Of a DNA stretch of 64,000 nt, positions 19,633 to 33,376 are shown piece by piece. Source of the stretch: an uncultured Chromatiales bacterium. GTDB taxonomy: Bacteria; Pseudomonadota; Gammaproteobacteria; Chromatiales; Chromatiaceae. Under the pieces are notes generated by a model. That model ran no database searches. It saw only the letters and a program-made list of their open reading frames with translations, and was not told the origin of the DNA. Position 1 is the first letter of the stretch, and each line of letters begins with the position of its first letter. The stretch covers positions 139-64,138 of the forward strand of contig CBDUNM010000011.1 in assembly GCA_965368585.1 (NCBI GenBank), in the 5' to 3' direction. The position numbers and the translations under genes are program-made.

Positions 19633-20775
19633 ATGATTTCAGACCCAGGGCGCACGGAAGCACCCGTTGCGGAACCGACTTTGCGTGCCTGGCTGACGCT
19701 GCTGCGCGCGCCGGGCATTGGCAGCAGCACGCTGGCGCCGCTCCTGCAGCGGCATGCCGACCCACAATTCTGGCTGGAACGGGCGTCAGCACCGAGCGTT
19801 CCAGAGCGCCTGCGGCGCTGGCTGGCCAAGCCCGACGAGGCGCTGATCGAAAGTGACCTGCGCTGGCTGGCGAACCCCGGTCACCATCTGGTGACCGTGA
19901 CGCAGCCGGAGTATCCACCGCTCCTGCACGATACGCCTGACCCGCCGATCGCGCTGTTCCTGGTTGGCGACCCGGGGGTGCTGGCGCTGCCGCAGATCGC
20001 CATGGTGGGGAGTCGCAATCCGACACCGGGCGGACGCCAGACCGCTCATGAGTTCGCCGCGTTCCTCGCCGCCAAGGGACTGATCGTCACCAGCGGCATG
20101 GCGCTTGGCATCGACGGCGCCTGCCACGGCGGCGCGCTGGCCGGCGGTGGCAAGACCGTCGCGGTTGCAGGCACCGGACTCGACCGCGTTTATCCCGCAC
20201 GCCATCGTGAGCTGGCGCATCGTATCGTGGACGGTGGCGGTGCCCTGGTCTCGGAGTTTCTGCCCGGCACGCCGCCCCGACCTGGACACTTTCCCCGGCG
20301 TAATCGCATCATCAGTGGTCTCGCCGTCGGCACGCTGGTGGTGGAAGCCGCTTTACAAAGCGGCTCGCTGATCACCGCACGCCAGGCGCTGGAGCAGGGA
20401 CGCGAAGTGTTCGCCATTCCCGGGTCGATACACAACCCCTTGGCAAGAGGCTGCCACGCCCTCATTCGCGATGGCGCGAAGCTCGTCGAGACCGCCCAGG
20501 ATGTCATCGAAGAACTCGGCGCCATGTTTGGGCACCTCGCCGAGGCGCCTGCGTCGACGTCGCCCGACGAACCGGAATCCCGACTGCAGGATCCTGATTA
20601 CCAAACGTTGCTGAACGCCATGGGATATGATCCGATCTCCATCGATACCCTGGTTCGACGTACGGGAAAACCAGCGCAGGAAATATCCTCAATGATGCTA
20701 TTGCTCGAACTCGAGGGTCATGTATCATCGACATCGGGCGGGCTTTTTGCCCGTGCCGGAAACCCGACTGCGTAG
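19633..20775 (+). CDS. dprA: DNA-processing protein DprA
   Basis: Start moved to the ATG at 19633 (MISDPGRTEAP). SGMALGIDGACHGGAL, RNRIISGL. Confidence 0.9.
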   Translation: MISDPGRTEAPVAEPTLRAWLTLLRAPGIGSSTLAPLLQRHADPQFWLERASAPSVPERLRRWLAKPDEALIESDLRWLANPGHHLVTVTQPEYPPLLHDTPDPPIALFLVGDPGVLALPQIAMVGSRNPTPGGRQTAHEFAAFLAAKGLIVTSGMALGIDGACHGGALAGGGKTVAVAGTGLDRVYPARHRELAHRIVDGGGALVSEFLPGTPPRPGHFPRRNRIISGLAVGTLVVEAALQSGSLITARQALEQGREVFAIPGSIHNPLARGCHALIRDGAKLVETAQDVIEELGAMFGHLAEAPASTSPDEPESRLQDPDYQTLLNAMGYDPISIDTLVRRTGKPAQEISSMMLLLELEGHVSSTSGGLFARAGNPTA

Positions 20776-20889
20776 ACCTCGCGACGCCCTCGACCCTACG
20801 CAGATCGGCGGCAGCCGTTTCCTGGAGCGTCAGGAGACTGTTAAGGCAGCCAAAAACAGCCGGGCTATAGCTCATGGGAAGCGTGCGCC

Positions 20890-21369
20890 GTGAATGAAAA
20901 CGTAATCGATGTTCTCATTTACATTTACGAGAACTACATGGACGGCGATGACAACGTCCCGACAGATCAAATCATGCTGGAGGAGGAACTGGTCGAAGCC
21001 GGTTTCCCCAAGGGCGAGATCAAAAAGGCATTTGATTGGCTGGACGAGCTTTCGTGGCGTCAGGGCAGCCTGTTGGATACCGACGTGGTCGCCAACCGTT
21101 CGATGCGGATTTACACCGAGCAGGAACGACGACGTCTGGATCTCGAGATACAGGGCATGCTGCTCAACCTCGAACAGGGGGGGATCCTGGATCAGCGCAG
21201 CCGTGAGCTGGTGATTGAGCGGGCCATGGCGTTGGATGCCGAGGAACTAACGGCTGAGGATGTCAAGTGGATCATTCTGCTCATTCTGCTGAACCAGCCG
21301 GGTCAGGAAAGCGCGTTCGCGCTGATGGAGGAGCTGGTTTACAACGGCGATCCGGGATACCTGCATTGA
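20890..21369 (+). CDS. smg: Smg protein (DUF494)
   Basis: NVIDVLIYIYENYM...DVKWIILLILLNQPG resembles E. coli Smg. dprA-smg-topA order. GTG start. Confidence 0.88.
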   Translation: MNENVIDVLIYIYENYMDGDDNVPTDQIMLEEELVEAGFPKGEIKKAFDWLDELSWRQGSLLDTDVVANRSMRIYTEQERRRLDLEIQGMLLNLEQGGILDQRSRELVIERAMALDAEELTAEDVKWIILLILLNQPGQESAFALMEELVYNGDPGYLH

Positions 21370-21575
21370 TTGCATTCCATCCAGGCAGCCTATAGCACTC
21401 TGGCGGTAGCGTTCTGACAGGACCTGTACGGACGCCGATGGGTGAAACGCCCGGGTCTCGTGCACATTGAGGCTTGACACCTCCGCCCTTCCCCAGCTAT
21501 TCCCTATACAGCGCCCGCCGTCGACCGGTGGGTATTTTTTCAGCGAAACTCCAACGTAGGAAGTGGAATCCGGAT

Positions 21576-23873
<2,298 letters not shown>

Positions 23874-23934
23874 GCGGGCGATACCCGCACCGTTCCGTCA
23901 GCGTCCCGGCGGTTGAAGCGGACCGAGCCACCTG

Positions 23935-25513
<1,579 letters not shown>

Positions 25514-25544
25514 GCGCCGGAGCCGACGACTGAAAAAGCAGTCA

Positions 25545-25579
25545 TAAAAAAAGGCTCGCCCGGGGAGGGAGCGAGCCTT
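25545..25579 (-). terminator. Rho-independent terminator (minus-strand orientation)
   Basis: AAGGCTCGC-N11-GCGAGCCTT hairpin. On the minus strand it is followed by TTTTTTT. It lies about 230 nt downstream of the thioredoxin stop. Confidence 0.6.
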
Positions 25580-25812
25580 AAAGCGCCTAGTAAGCGCCGG
25601 AGGAGGATCGTACCAAGCCGACCCCTAGGGAGGGGGGTCGGTACAGCACAATGGCTGCCGTACGCCTATTATGACGGCGCTATTCTTCGGTTCTTTAGAG
25701 GCCTTCCGTTAACCTGTGATTTTAACGCCTAGTGGGCCAGGGCCGCCGACTTACTGCGCTGCACGGCCCAAGCCGATGTTCAATCGATCGGGTAGATCAC
25801 GAATCATCGGCT

Positions 25813-26166
25813 TCAGTCCAGATGCTCCCGAAGCCAATCCAGAATCCAGTGGCTGGCGCGCGAACCACTGAACCGCCCCCGCTCCTCGCCGGCCACGAAC
25901 AGCATGATGGTCGGAAAGCCGCGCAGACGATAATGGCCCGCGAGGCGCATGTTTTCGCCCTCGTCCACTTCGACCTTCGCCAGACGCACCCGGCCACCGA
26001 GTTGCTCAATAACGCGCGTGACATGCGGCGCGATTGCGTGACACGGCGCGCACCAGTCGGCCCAGAAATCCACCAGTACGGGAGTGGTGAGTGAAGCGTC
26101 GACAACCCGCTCCTGAAAGTCGTCGACACTGGCGTCGAACACGAGATCGGTGGTGTGGCGCTGCAT
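25813..26166 (-). CDS. Thioredoxin (WCAPC active site)
   Basis: Start moved to the ATG at 26164-26166 (MQRHTTDLVFDASVDDFQERV). VLVDFWADWCAPCHAIAP, GFPTIMLF. Confidence 0.88.
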   Translation of the reverse strand: MQRHTTDLVFDASVDDFQERVVDASLTTPVLVDFWADWCAPCHAIAPHVTRVIEQLGGRVRLAKVEVDEGENMRLAGHYRLRGFPTIMLFVAGEERGRFSGSRASHWILDWLREHLD

Positions 26167-26167
26167 G

Positions 26168-26650
26168 TCAGTCTCCGCGCACTCGATCCACGGCAAGCCG
26201 GATGGCCTTGACGACCATGGCTTCCACTTCCGCGACCACATCGATCCCCGGACTGCCTTGGGCGTTGGCGGTCGGTCGGGCGAACACCACTGTGGTTCGA
26301 CCTGCGCGCTCGTAAAAGCCGACACACAGTGGACAAAGCGCCACAAGGTCAGGGTCGGCGCCGCTCACTGCGTTGGCAAACCAACCATTGCAGACCACCA
26401 TACTGCGAATTGCATCGAGATTGGCCCGGTTGAAGTCCTCGCCCCACTTGTTCTCGAAGCGCGCGATGTTCGCCAGGATATCGGCCTCAAAGACGACCCA
26501 GAAGCGAGCGTCTTCGAGGGCCGCATACACCGCCGGATAAACCGTATCTACAGGCCGATCGACTTCCACCTTGAATACTCCGGCAGGCGCCGCGTACGCT
26601 GTGCCCAACGGCAGCAACCCGACGCACAACACAAACAACCAGCGCTTCAT
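26168..26650 (-). CDS. DUF302 domain protein with signal peptide
   Basis: Start at MKRWLFVLCVGLLPLGTAYA. The stop is 1 nt before the thioredoxin start. DUF302 is assigned from memory of the family and from resemblance to the second copy at 47966-48454. Confidence 0.7.
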   Translation of the reverse strand: MKRWLFVLCVGLLPLGTAYAAPAGVFKVEVDRPVDTVYPAVYAALEDARFWVVFEADILANIARFENKWGEDFNRANLDAIRSMVVCNGWFANAVSGADPDLVALCPLCVGFYERAGRTTVVFARPTANAQGSPGIDVVAEVEAMVVKAIRLAVDRVRGD

Positions 26651-26832
26651 CCGTTCCAACTCCAAGCGTAACCCAGAGGCATATACTAACCCGCTAAACA
26701 CGGGACCTTAATACTCGCAGTTTGGATCGGTTTTCCGTGATTTCGGTGCCAACACCGGGCCACATCGCTCACCCACGCTTGGTGCAGGCGGCCCAGACCC
26801 GTTACGATGGCGTTTTTTGACGCTGAGCCGAC

Positions 26833-27771
26833 ATGATCGACGACACGCTACGCATCGCGACCCGCAAATCTCCACTGGCCCTGTGGCAGGCCGAACACGT
26901 AGCCGCAAGCCTGCGCGCCGCTCGCCCCGGGTTATCCGTTGAATTGCTGGGGATGAGCACGCAGGGTGACAAGATACTGGACACGCCGCTGGCCAAGATC
27001 GGCGGCAAAGGCCTGTTCGTCAAGGAACTCGAGCAAGGCATGCTGGACGGCAGCGCCGACATCGCCGTTCACTCGATGAAGGACGTGCCGGTGACTCTGC
27101 CGCCGGGTTTGCACCTGCCTGTCATCATGCAGCGTGAAGACCCGCGCGACGCCTTCGTCTCCAACCAATACGCCGATCTTGACGCGCTTCCCGACGGCGC
27201 GCGGGTCGGCACGTCGAGTCTGCGACGCCAGTGTCAGATCGCCGATCGTCGCCCCGACCTGACAATCCTGCCGCTGCGCGGCAACGTCAACACCCGGCTC
27301 AAAAAGCTGGACGACGGAAACTACGACGCGATTATTCTCGCCTCGGCGGGTTTAAAACGGCTGGGGTTTGCCCAGCGAATCCGCGGTTACCTGTCCGAGG
27401 AACAAAGCCTGCCGGCCATCGGGCAGGGCGCAATCGGGATCGAATGCCGTGTCGATGACGCGCGCGTCAACGCCCTGATCGCTCCCCTGCTGCACCCCGG
27501 CACCGCAGCCTGCGTCGCGGCCGAGCGGGCCATGAATCACCGCCTCGAGGGCGGCTGCCAGGTGCCGATCGGCGGTTTCGCAGTGCTGGAAAACGACCGG
27601 CTCTGGTTGCGGGGCCTGGTCGGTACGGTGGACGGCAGCGAGGTCATACGGGCGGAGACCCGGGGCCCGGTGTCAGACAGCGCGGCCCTCGGGACCAGGC
27701 TCGCCGACGAACTGCTGGCGCGCGGCGCGCGCCGCATTCTGGATCAGCTCTACGGCAACGCAGGCGGATGA
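26833..27771 (+). CDS. hemC: Porphobilinogen deaminase (hydroxymethylbilane synthase)
   Basis: [42 protein letters not shown]. Confidence 0.95.
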   Translation: MIDDTLRIATRKSPLALWQAEHVAASLRAARPGLSVELLGMSTQGDKILDTPLAKIGGKGLFVKELEQGMLDGSADIAVHSMKDVPVTLPPGLHLPVIMQREDPRDAFVSNQYADLDALPDGARVGTSSLRRQCQIADRRPDLTILPLRGNVNTRLKKLDDGNYDAIILASAGLKRLGFAQRIRGYLSEEQSLPAIGQGAIGIECRVDDARVNALIAPLLHPGTAACVAAERAMNHRLEGGCQVPIGGFAVLENDRLWLRGLVGTVDGSEVIRAETRGPVSDSAALGTRLADELLARGARRILDQLYGNAGG

Positions 27772-28556
27772 TCGCTGCCCCTTGCCACCTCGGCGGCATC
27801 GGCGTCCTGGTTACACGGCCGGCGCACCAGGCCGACGCCTTGTGCGAACTGATCGAGCAAGCCCATGGGCGCCCCATACGCCTGGCGGCAATCGAGATCA
27901 AGCCCATCGCGAACCCGTACCCCGCCAAGACGATTCTGTCCCAGCCGTGCGACGTGATGATCTTCGTCAGCGCCAACGCGGTGGACCACGCATTTCCCCT
28001 GCTCCCCGACGCCCTCCCCGCGGACATGGCGATCGGCGCCGTCGGCCGGGCGACCGCCCAGCAGCTCACCGTCAGCGGTCTGGACCCGACGCTGGTGCCC
28101 GACGCGCAGTTTGACAGCGAAGGCTTGCTGGCGCTGCCCGAACTTCAGTCGTTGCGCGGCAAGCGGGTGGTGATCGTGCGCGGACACTCGGGCCGACCGT
28201 TGTTGGGGGACACTCTGGCCGAACGCGGTGCCGAGGTCGACTACGCCGAGGTATACACGCGGACCCTGCCACGGCGCGATACGCGCAACCTGATCAAGGG
28301 CTGGACGCGGATGGTGGACATCGTTACCGCCACCAGCACCGAGATCCTCGACAATCTTTTCGTCATGCTGGGCGACACGGGAGCGCAGCTGCTGCGGGCC
28401 ACGCCCCTGATCGTGGTCAGCGAGCGAGCGGCGGCACATGCCAAACAGCTCGGTTGCCGCCGCATTCACCTGGCCGATTCCGCGCTCAACGCCAGCTTGC
28501 TCGAGGCAACCTGCGAACTCGCACGGGAGGCTGGGCTGAAGCCGTCGATTTGGTAG
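27768..28556 (+). CDS. hemD: Uroporphyrinogen-III synthase
   Basis: 262 aa, ATGA overlap with hemC, hemCDXY order. Confidence 0.85.
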   Translation: MIAAPCHLGGIGVLVTRPAHQADALCELIEQAHGRPIRLAAIEIKPIANPYPAKTILSQPCDVMIFVSANAVDHAFPLLPDALPADMAIGAVGRATAQQLTVSGLDPTLVPDAQFDSEGLLALPELQSLRGKRVVIVRGHSGRPLLGDTLAERGAEVDYAEVYTRTLPRRDTRNLIKGWTRMVDIVTATSTEILDNLFVMLGDTGAQLLRATPLIVVSERAAAHAKQLGCRRIHLADSALNASLLEATCELAREAGLKPSIW

Positions 28557-28584
28557 GCCGGCGCCGCGCCCGTATTATTCGCTC

Positions 28585-29862
28585 ATGAACGAAGCAAACG
28601 AAAAAGAGGGCGTCGTCATCGACGTCGCACCCGAACGAGCGCCCGACGCTGACCCGCCGCAGGGCGCGCCTGCCGACGTAAAACGGGACGCGACCGAACC
28701 CGCGGGGCGTTCCCGCGGCGGACGAAAAGCCGGATGGGCGCTGTTGGCCATCGCGCTGCTGGGTGCCGGCCTGGTGTTCGTCTACTACGCTTCGCGTGCG
28801 CTGCAGGGCGACCTGCAGGCCCTCGACGAGCGTCTTGCCCAGGCGCTGCAGGCGCAGGCGGAACTTCAAGCTGCGGTCAACGAAACGGCGCGCTCCCAAG
28901 CCGAGTTCATGGCCAAGCGGGCGAGCGCGCTCGACACCACTGTAGCCAAGCAGGAACTGGCCATACGCCAGCAGACGGCCGCGATCCGGGAGCACGAGCA
29001 GCGCCTGACCGACGAACGGCGGCTCATGGCGGATCGGGAGGCAGAGTTGCGCGCCGCGGTGGCGGACGTGCAGCGACGCGTGGGCGGTTCCGGCAACCAG
29101 TGGAAGGTCGCCGAGGCGGAGTATCTCGTCAGGCTCGCGGGACACCGGCTAGGCCTGGCACGCGACTTGGCGACGGCGCGTGAAGCGCTGGCAACAGCCG
29201 GCGCCAGGCTCAAGGACACTCACGACCCGAACTGGCGGGACGTGCGTGCGATGATTGCACGTGACATCGCCGCTTTGTCGGCCGTCGAGCTTCCCGATTA
29301 CGATGCCCTGGCGGCGCGGCTCGCGGAACTGATCGACCAGGTTCCCGCGCTGGCGCTGGTCGGAAGCGGGCGCATCACTTTGCAGGACGAGGCGCCTCGT
29401 GAACCCGACGACCGGACGCGGGCGCCGGACGCCGTGCCAGGCAGTCGAATCGGCGGACTGCTGGGTGATTTTTGGGGAGGTTTGAAAAACTCGGTGCGCA
29501 TTCGCCGCAAGGATCAGCCGGCGCGTGCCCTGCTGACGCCGGAACATGCCATGTTCGTGCGCCAGAATCTGGTGTTGCACCTCGAGGCGGCGCGTCTCGG
29601 GCTGGTCCGCCAGGATCCTTCCATGTACCAAAGCAGCCTTGCTTCGACACGCATCTGGCTGCAGCGCTACGTCGATAACGACACCAGGGCCGCGCAGGCG
29701 TTTGCAAACGCGCTGGCCGCGCTGAGCGAGGTCGAAGTTCGCCCCGAGCTTCCTGATATCGACCGCACGCTAAGTGAGCTGCACGCGCGCCAACGACTGC
29801 AGGAAGTCGAGCCGGCACCGGCGGCCGAAAACGTCACCGGCGCTGCGGAAACGCCGCCATGA
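28585..29862 (+). CDS. hemX: HemX-like membrane protein (uroporphyrin-III C-methyltransferase-like annotation family)
   Basis: One TM segment, a long coiled coil, and a position after hemD. Confidence 0.8.
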   Translation: MNEANEKEGVVIDVAPERAPDADPPQGAPADVKRDATEPAGRSRGGRKAGWALLAIALLGAGLVFVYYASRALQGDLQALDERLAQALQAQAELQAAVNETARSQAEFMAKRASALDTTVAKQELAIRQQTAAIREHEQRLTDERRLMADREAELRAAVADVQRRVGGSGNQWKVAEAEYLVRLAGHRLGLARDLATAREALATAGARLKDTHDPNWRDVRAMIARDIAALSAVELPDYDALAARLAELIDQVPALALVGSGRITLQDEAPREPDDRTRAPDAVPGSRIGGLLGDFWGGLKNSVRIRRKDQPARALLTPEHAMFVRQNLVLHLEAARLGLVRQDPSMYQSSLASTRIWLQRYVDNDTRAAQAFANALAALSEVEVRPELPDIDRTLSELHARQRLQEVEPAPAAENVTGAAETPP

Positions 29863-31163
29863 GTGCGGTGATCAAGCTTTGGCTCGCCCTGGTCGTTGGC
29901 GGCCTCATTGCAGCCGCGGTTTATCGGGACAGCGGTTACGCGCTCTTGTCGTACGGTACCTGGTCGATCGAAATGAGCCTCGCGCTGCTGTTGCTGCTGC
30001 TCGCCGTAGTGTTCATTTCGCTGTACCTGCTGTTGCGACTCGTGGCTCGCCTGGCGCGCCTGCCCGCCAACACACGCGCCTGGAAACAACAGCATGGCGC
30101 AGCTCTGGCGCGCCGCACCCTGACGCGGGGACTCCTGGAGCTGTCCGAAGGCAACTTGTCCAGTGCCGAGCACCATCTCGTCAAGTACGCCGAACGCTCC
30201 GACACCCCGCTGCTGAATTACCTGGCGGCAGCACGCGCCGCCCAGCTGCAGGGCGCGCATGAGCGACGGGACAGCTATATCCGCCTGGCCCACGAAAGTA
30301 TGCCATCGGCCGAAGTTGCCGTCAGTCTAACCCAGGCGGAGCTGCAACTGGCCGACGGTCAACTCGAACAAGCGCTGGCGACGCTGCGCCACCTGCGCCA
30401 CATCGCACCGAATCACACCTATGTACTGCGCATGCTGCGGCGCCTGTATGAACAGCTGGGCGATTGGGATCAGCTCAACGAACTTCTGCCGATCCTGCAA
30501 AAACGCGGCATCCTGGCCGATGCGGAGCTCCACGAACTCGGAGTGCGGGTGCATCGCGCCCTGCTGGAACGCGCTTCGGTATCGGTGGAGAAAACCCGGG
30601 TGACCGAGATCTGGGGGCAGGTGCCGCGTAAGCTGAAGCGCGACGCACGCCTGGTTGCCGACTACGCCGCCTACTTGCAGGAGCGTAGCAAACACGCCGA
30701 GGCCGAATCCTTGTTGCGCCGAGCTTTGAGCGGCGAGTGGAGCGATGAACTGATCGCTCTTTATGGACAATCGATCTCGGATACGCCGTCTCGCCAGCTG
30801 GCATTTGCCGAGACTTTTCTGGAGGCGCACCCACGCAACCCTGCGTTACTGCTCGCGCTCGGACGTTTGTGTCTGCGCGCCAAACTCTGGGGTAAGGCGC
30901 GCGGTTATCTTGAAGCCTGCATCGGCGCAGGCGGACCCGCCGTCGCGTTCAGCGAACTCGGCTATCTGTTGGAGCACCTGGGCGAGCCGGAGCGCGCGCT
31001 GAAAGTGTATCGCAAGGGGCTGATCGGGCCCGACGGGTCGATTCCGTTGCCGCTGCCCGACAACATCCGTACGACGCACGCCCACAAGCCGTTGTCCAGG
31101 GAGCACGCGAACCTCGAGTCACCACCACCACATGGGGCGCGGCCGGCCGCCGAGTCGTCATGA
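29859..31163 (+). CDS. hemY: HemY-like TPR membrane protein
   Basis: Two N-terminal TM segments plus TPR-like repeats. ATGA overlap with hemX. Confidence 0.8.
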   Translation: MSAVIKLWLALVVGGLIAAAVYRDSGYALLSYGTWSIEMSLALLLLLLAVVFISLYLLLRLVARLARLPANTRAWKQQHGAALARRTLTRGLLELSEGNLSSAEHHLVKYAERSDTPLLNYLAAARAAQLQGAHERRDSYIRLAHESMPSAEVAVSLTQAELQLADGQLEQALATLRHLRHIAPNHTYVLRMLRRLYEQLGDWDQLNELLPILQKRGILADAELHELGVRVHRALLERASVSVEKTRVTEIWGQVPRKLKRDARLVADYAAYLQERSKHAEAESLLRRALSGEWSDELIALYGQSISDTPSRQLAFAETFLEAHPRNPALLLALGRLCLRAKLWGKARGYLEACIGAGGPAVAFSELGYLLEHLGEPERALKVYRKGLIGPDGSIPLPLPDNIRTTHAHKPLSREHANLESPPPHGARPAAESS

Positions 31164-31185
31164 AGTCGAAGTCATTTCCCACACT

Positions 31186-31353
31186 CTAGGAGGCTGTCCG
31201 AGAACAGACTGACCTACTGCGGACGCGCCGAATTGGTCCTGTTAATCGATCATTCTCGTTGAATAGTCACCACTATTCGCCTCAAATGATCGACAAACAT
31301 GCCTCAATTTGGAACGCCCGCGTGACAACCGCTGTTCTCGGCCAGCCTCCTAG
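31186..31353. mobile_element. MITE (160 bp) with 18-bp terminal inverted repeats and a CTAG target-site duplication
   Basis: CTAG|GAGGCTGTCCGAGAACAG ... CTGTTCTCGGCCAGCCTC|CTAG. The TIRs match 17/18. There is no ORF. A homologous inverted copy lies at 41680-41840. Confidence 0.8.
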
Positions 31354-31405
31354 CTTTCACCTGAGGATCGACTCCGTGTACCGCAAGCACCCCTGGCGCT
31401 GGATC

Positions 31406-32659
31406 ATGCGTGTGGCAGCCGCCTTAGTCTTACTGCGCGGCGCGGCAGCCGAACCCCTGGTGGTCTTGCCCGACTACCGACTGACCGCGAACGAACTGGC
31501 CGTCGTCGTCAATCAGCAGGATCCATTGAGTGAGCGCATCGCCGCCTATTACATGGAACGCAGGAAGGTTCCTGTGAAAAATCTGATCCGCATTTCGACG
31601 CAACCGCAGGCGCCCGTCCTGAGCGTCGCGGAATTCACCGGGATTTTCGAGCAGGTTCGCGCCCAAACCGCACCGCATATCAAAGCCTATGCCTTGACCT
31701 GGACGCGACCCTACCGCGTCGACTGCATGTCGATCGGGACGGCGTTCGCGGCCGGCTTCGACCGCGCCTGGTGTTCCGAGCATCTCTGTGCACCGACTCG
31801 ATTCAGCCCCTATGCGGCGCCCGGCGGTCGAGCGGTGATGGCAGCCCCGAATTTTCGACCGACCATGGTGATTGCGGCCACCGATTTTTCGGCGGCACAG
31901 GCGCTCATCGAGCGGGGCATCGCGGCGGACGACAGCCATCCCGCGGGAACCGCCTATCTGCTAAACACCAGCGACGCGAACCGCACCGTGCGCGCCGTGC
32001 TTTACCCTGAGATTGTGCGAAAGCTGGCGGCTTCTATCGCAATCGAAACCTTGGACGCCGACTTTATCCGCGACCGCGAGGATGTCATGTTTTACTTCAC
32101 CGGCCTGACCCGGGTCGAGCACCTGGACACGTTGCGCTTTCTGCCCGGGGCCGTGGCCGACCACCTCACCTCGGCCGGCGGTATGCTCCCGCCGTCACGT
32201 CTGCCCGACGGCAACACGCCGGTACAGGAAGCCCCGACGCAGATGAGCAGCATCGAATGGTTACGGGCCGGCGCGACGGGCAGTTACGGCGCGGTCGTCG
32301 AGCCCTGCAACTTCAAGGCGAAATTTCCTCACCCGGGGATACTCATGGAGCTCTACCTCAAGGGAAAAACCTTGCTCGAGGCATACTGGCGCAGTGTCGG
32401 CATGCCGGGCGAGGGTATCTTTGTCGGGGAACCCCTGGCGAGTCCGTTCGGCGGCTACCGCATCGAATCGCGGGACGGGGGCTACCTGCTGCACACCAAT
32501 GTGCTGGACCCGAACCGCTACCGGATCGACCAGGCTGCATCTCCCGTCGGACCTTATACGGCCACGCGGTACGGGCTCGACGTGAAACCGGGCGAGCGAA
32601 GCTTTTCGCTACCCGACCTGGGCGCCAACGTGTTGAAACTGACACCGCTAACCCCGTGA
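31406..32659 (+). CDS. Secreted conserved hypothetical protein (resembles TIGR03790 family)
   Basis: The ORF track start (31259) lies inside the MITE. I prefer the ATG at 31406 (MRVAAALVLLRGAAAEP signal peptide). ELAVVVNQQDPLSERIAAYYMERRKVP resembles the TIGR03790 N-terminus as I remember it. Confidence 0.6.
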   Translation: MRVAAALVLLRGAAAEPLVVLPDYRLTANELAVVVNQQDPLSERIAAYYMERRKVPVKNLIRISTQPQAPVLSVAEFTGIFEQVRAQTAPHIKAYALTWTRPYRVDCMSIGTAFAAGFDRAWCSEHLCAPTRFSPYAAPGGRAVMAAPNFRPTMVIAATDFSAAQALIERGIAADDSHPAGTAYLLNTSDANRTVRAVLYPEIVRKLAASIAIETLDADFIRDREDVMFYFTGLTRVEHLDTLRFLPGAVADHLTSAGGMLPPSRLPDGNTPVQEAPTQMSSIEWLRAGATGSYGAVVEPCNFKAKFPHPGILMELYLKGKTLLEAYWRSVGMPGEGIFVGEPLASPFGGYRIESRDGGYLLHTNVLDPNRYRIDQAASPVGPYTATRYGLDVKPGERSFSLPDLGANVLKLTPLTP

Positions 32660-32676
32660 CCACGGTTGGCGCAGGT

Positions 32677-33138
32677 TCAGATGGGCAACGCGGTCTTATC
32701 GACAACCCGCCGCATCACGAAACTCGAATGCACCCCGCTGACGCCCTCGATGCGTGTGATCTTGTGCAGCAGCAGCACCTGATAGGCCTCCATATCGCGG
32801 ACCACGACTTTTAGCTGGTAGTCTGCGTCCTGTCCGGTAATCAACAGGCACTCGAGCACCTCCGGCAACGCGCCGACCTTGCGTTCGAAGTTCGCGAATC
32901 GCTCGGGGGTATGCCGATCCATGGCGATGTGGATCAGGGCCATCAGGGTCAAGCCGAGTTTGGCGGCATCCAAAACGGCACGGTATCCGGCTATCACGCC
33001 CTGTTCCTCGAGCGCCCGGACCCGCCGCAGGCAGGGCGACGGCGACAGACCGATGCGTTCGGCCAGATCCTGATTGCTGATCCGGCCGTCGCGCTGCAGT
33101 TCTTCGAGAATCCTGCGGTCGTAACGGTCAAATGACAT
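32677..33138 (-). CDS. Lrp/AsnC family transcriptional regulator
   Basis: YDRRILEELQRDGRISNQDLAERIGLSPSPCLRRVRALEEQGVI. Divergent from leuA across an AT-rich region. Confidence 0.92.
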   Translation of the reverse strand: MSFDRYDRRILEELQRDGRISNQDLAERIGLSPSPCLRRVRALEEQGVIAGYRAVLDAAKLGLTLMALIHIAMDRHTPERFANFERKVGALPEVLECLLITGQDADYQLKVVVRDMEAYQVLLLHKITRIEGVSGVHSSFVMRRVVDKTALPI

Positions 33139-33376
33139 TGCATGCCTCCCTTAATGAGAACCGTGGAGTATAATTGCGGATTATATTAAAAATATAGAAT
33201 TTTATTGCGCAATTAGTTCGTTTTCTTATTCAAATAGCAAGCTAATGCCGCTCCGATTCGTCTAATCTTTCAACATCGGCCACAAGCCGTCAGCACCGGA
33301 CCCGGGCCACAAGCGCCGCGTCGTAACAACCGCCCCACAAAGGTGTAGGATACCGCCCCTCTTCGCCGGGAAGGGG

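Noticed and set aside
33139-33376. Possible leucine leader peptide or attenuator in the AT-rich lrp/leuA intergenic region.
   Set aside because: There is no short ORF with consecutive Leu codons. The AT-rich tract is adequately explained as a divergent promoter or Lrp-binding region.
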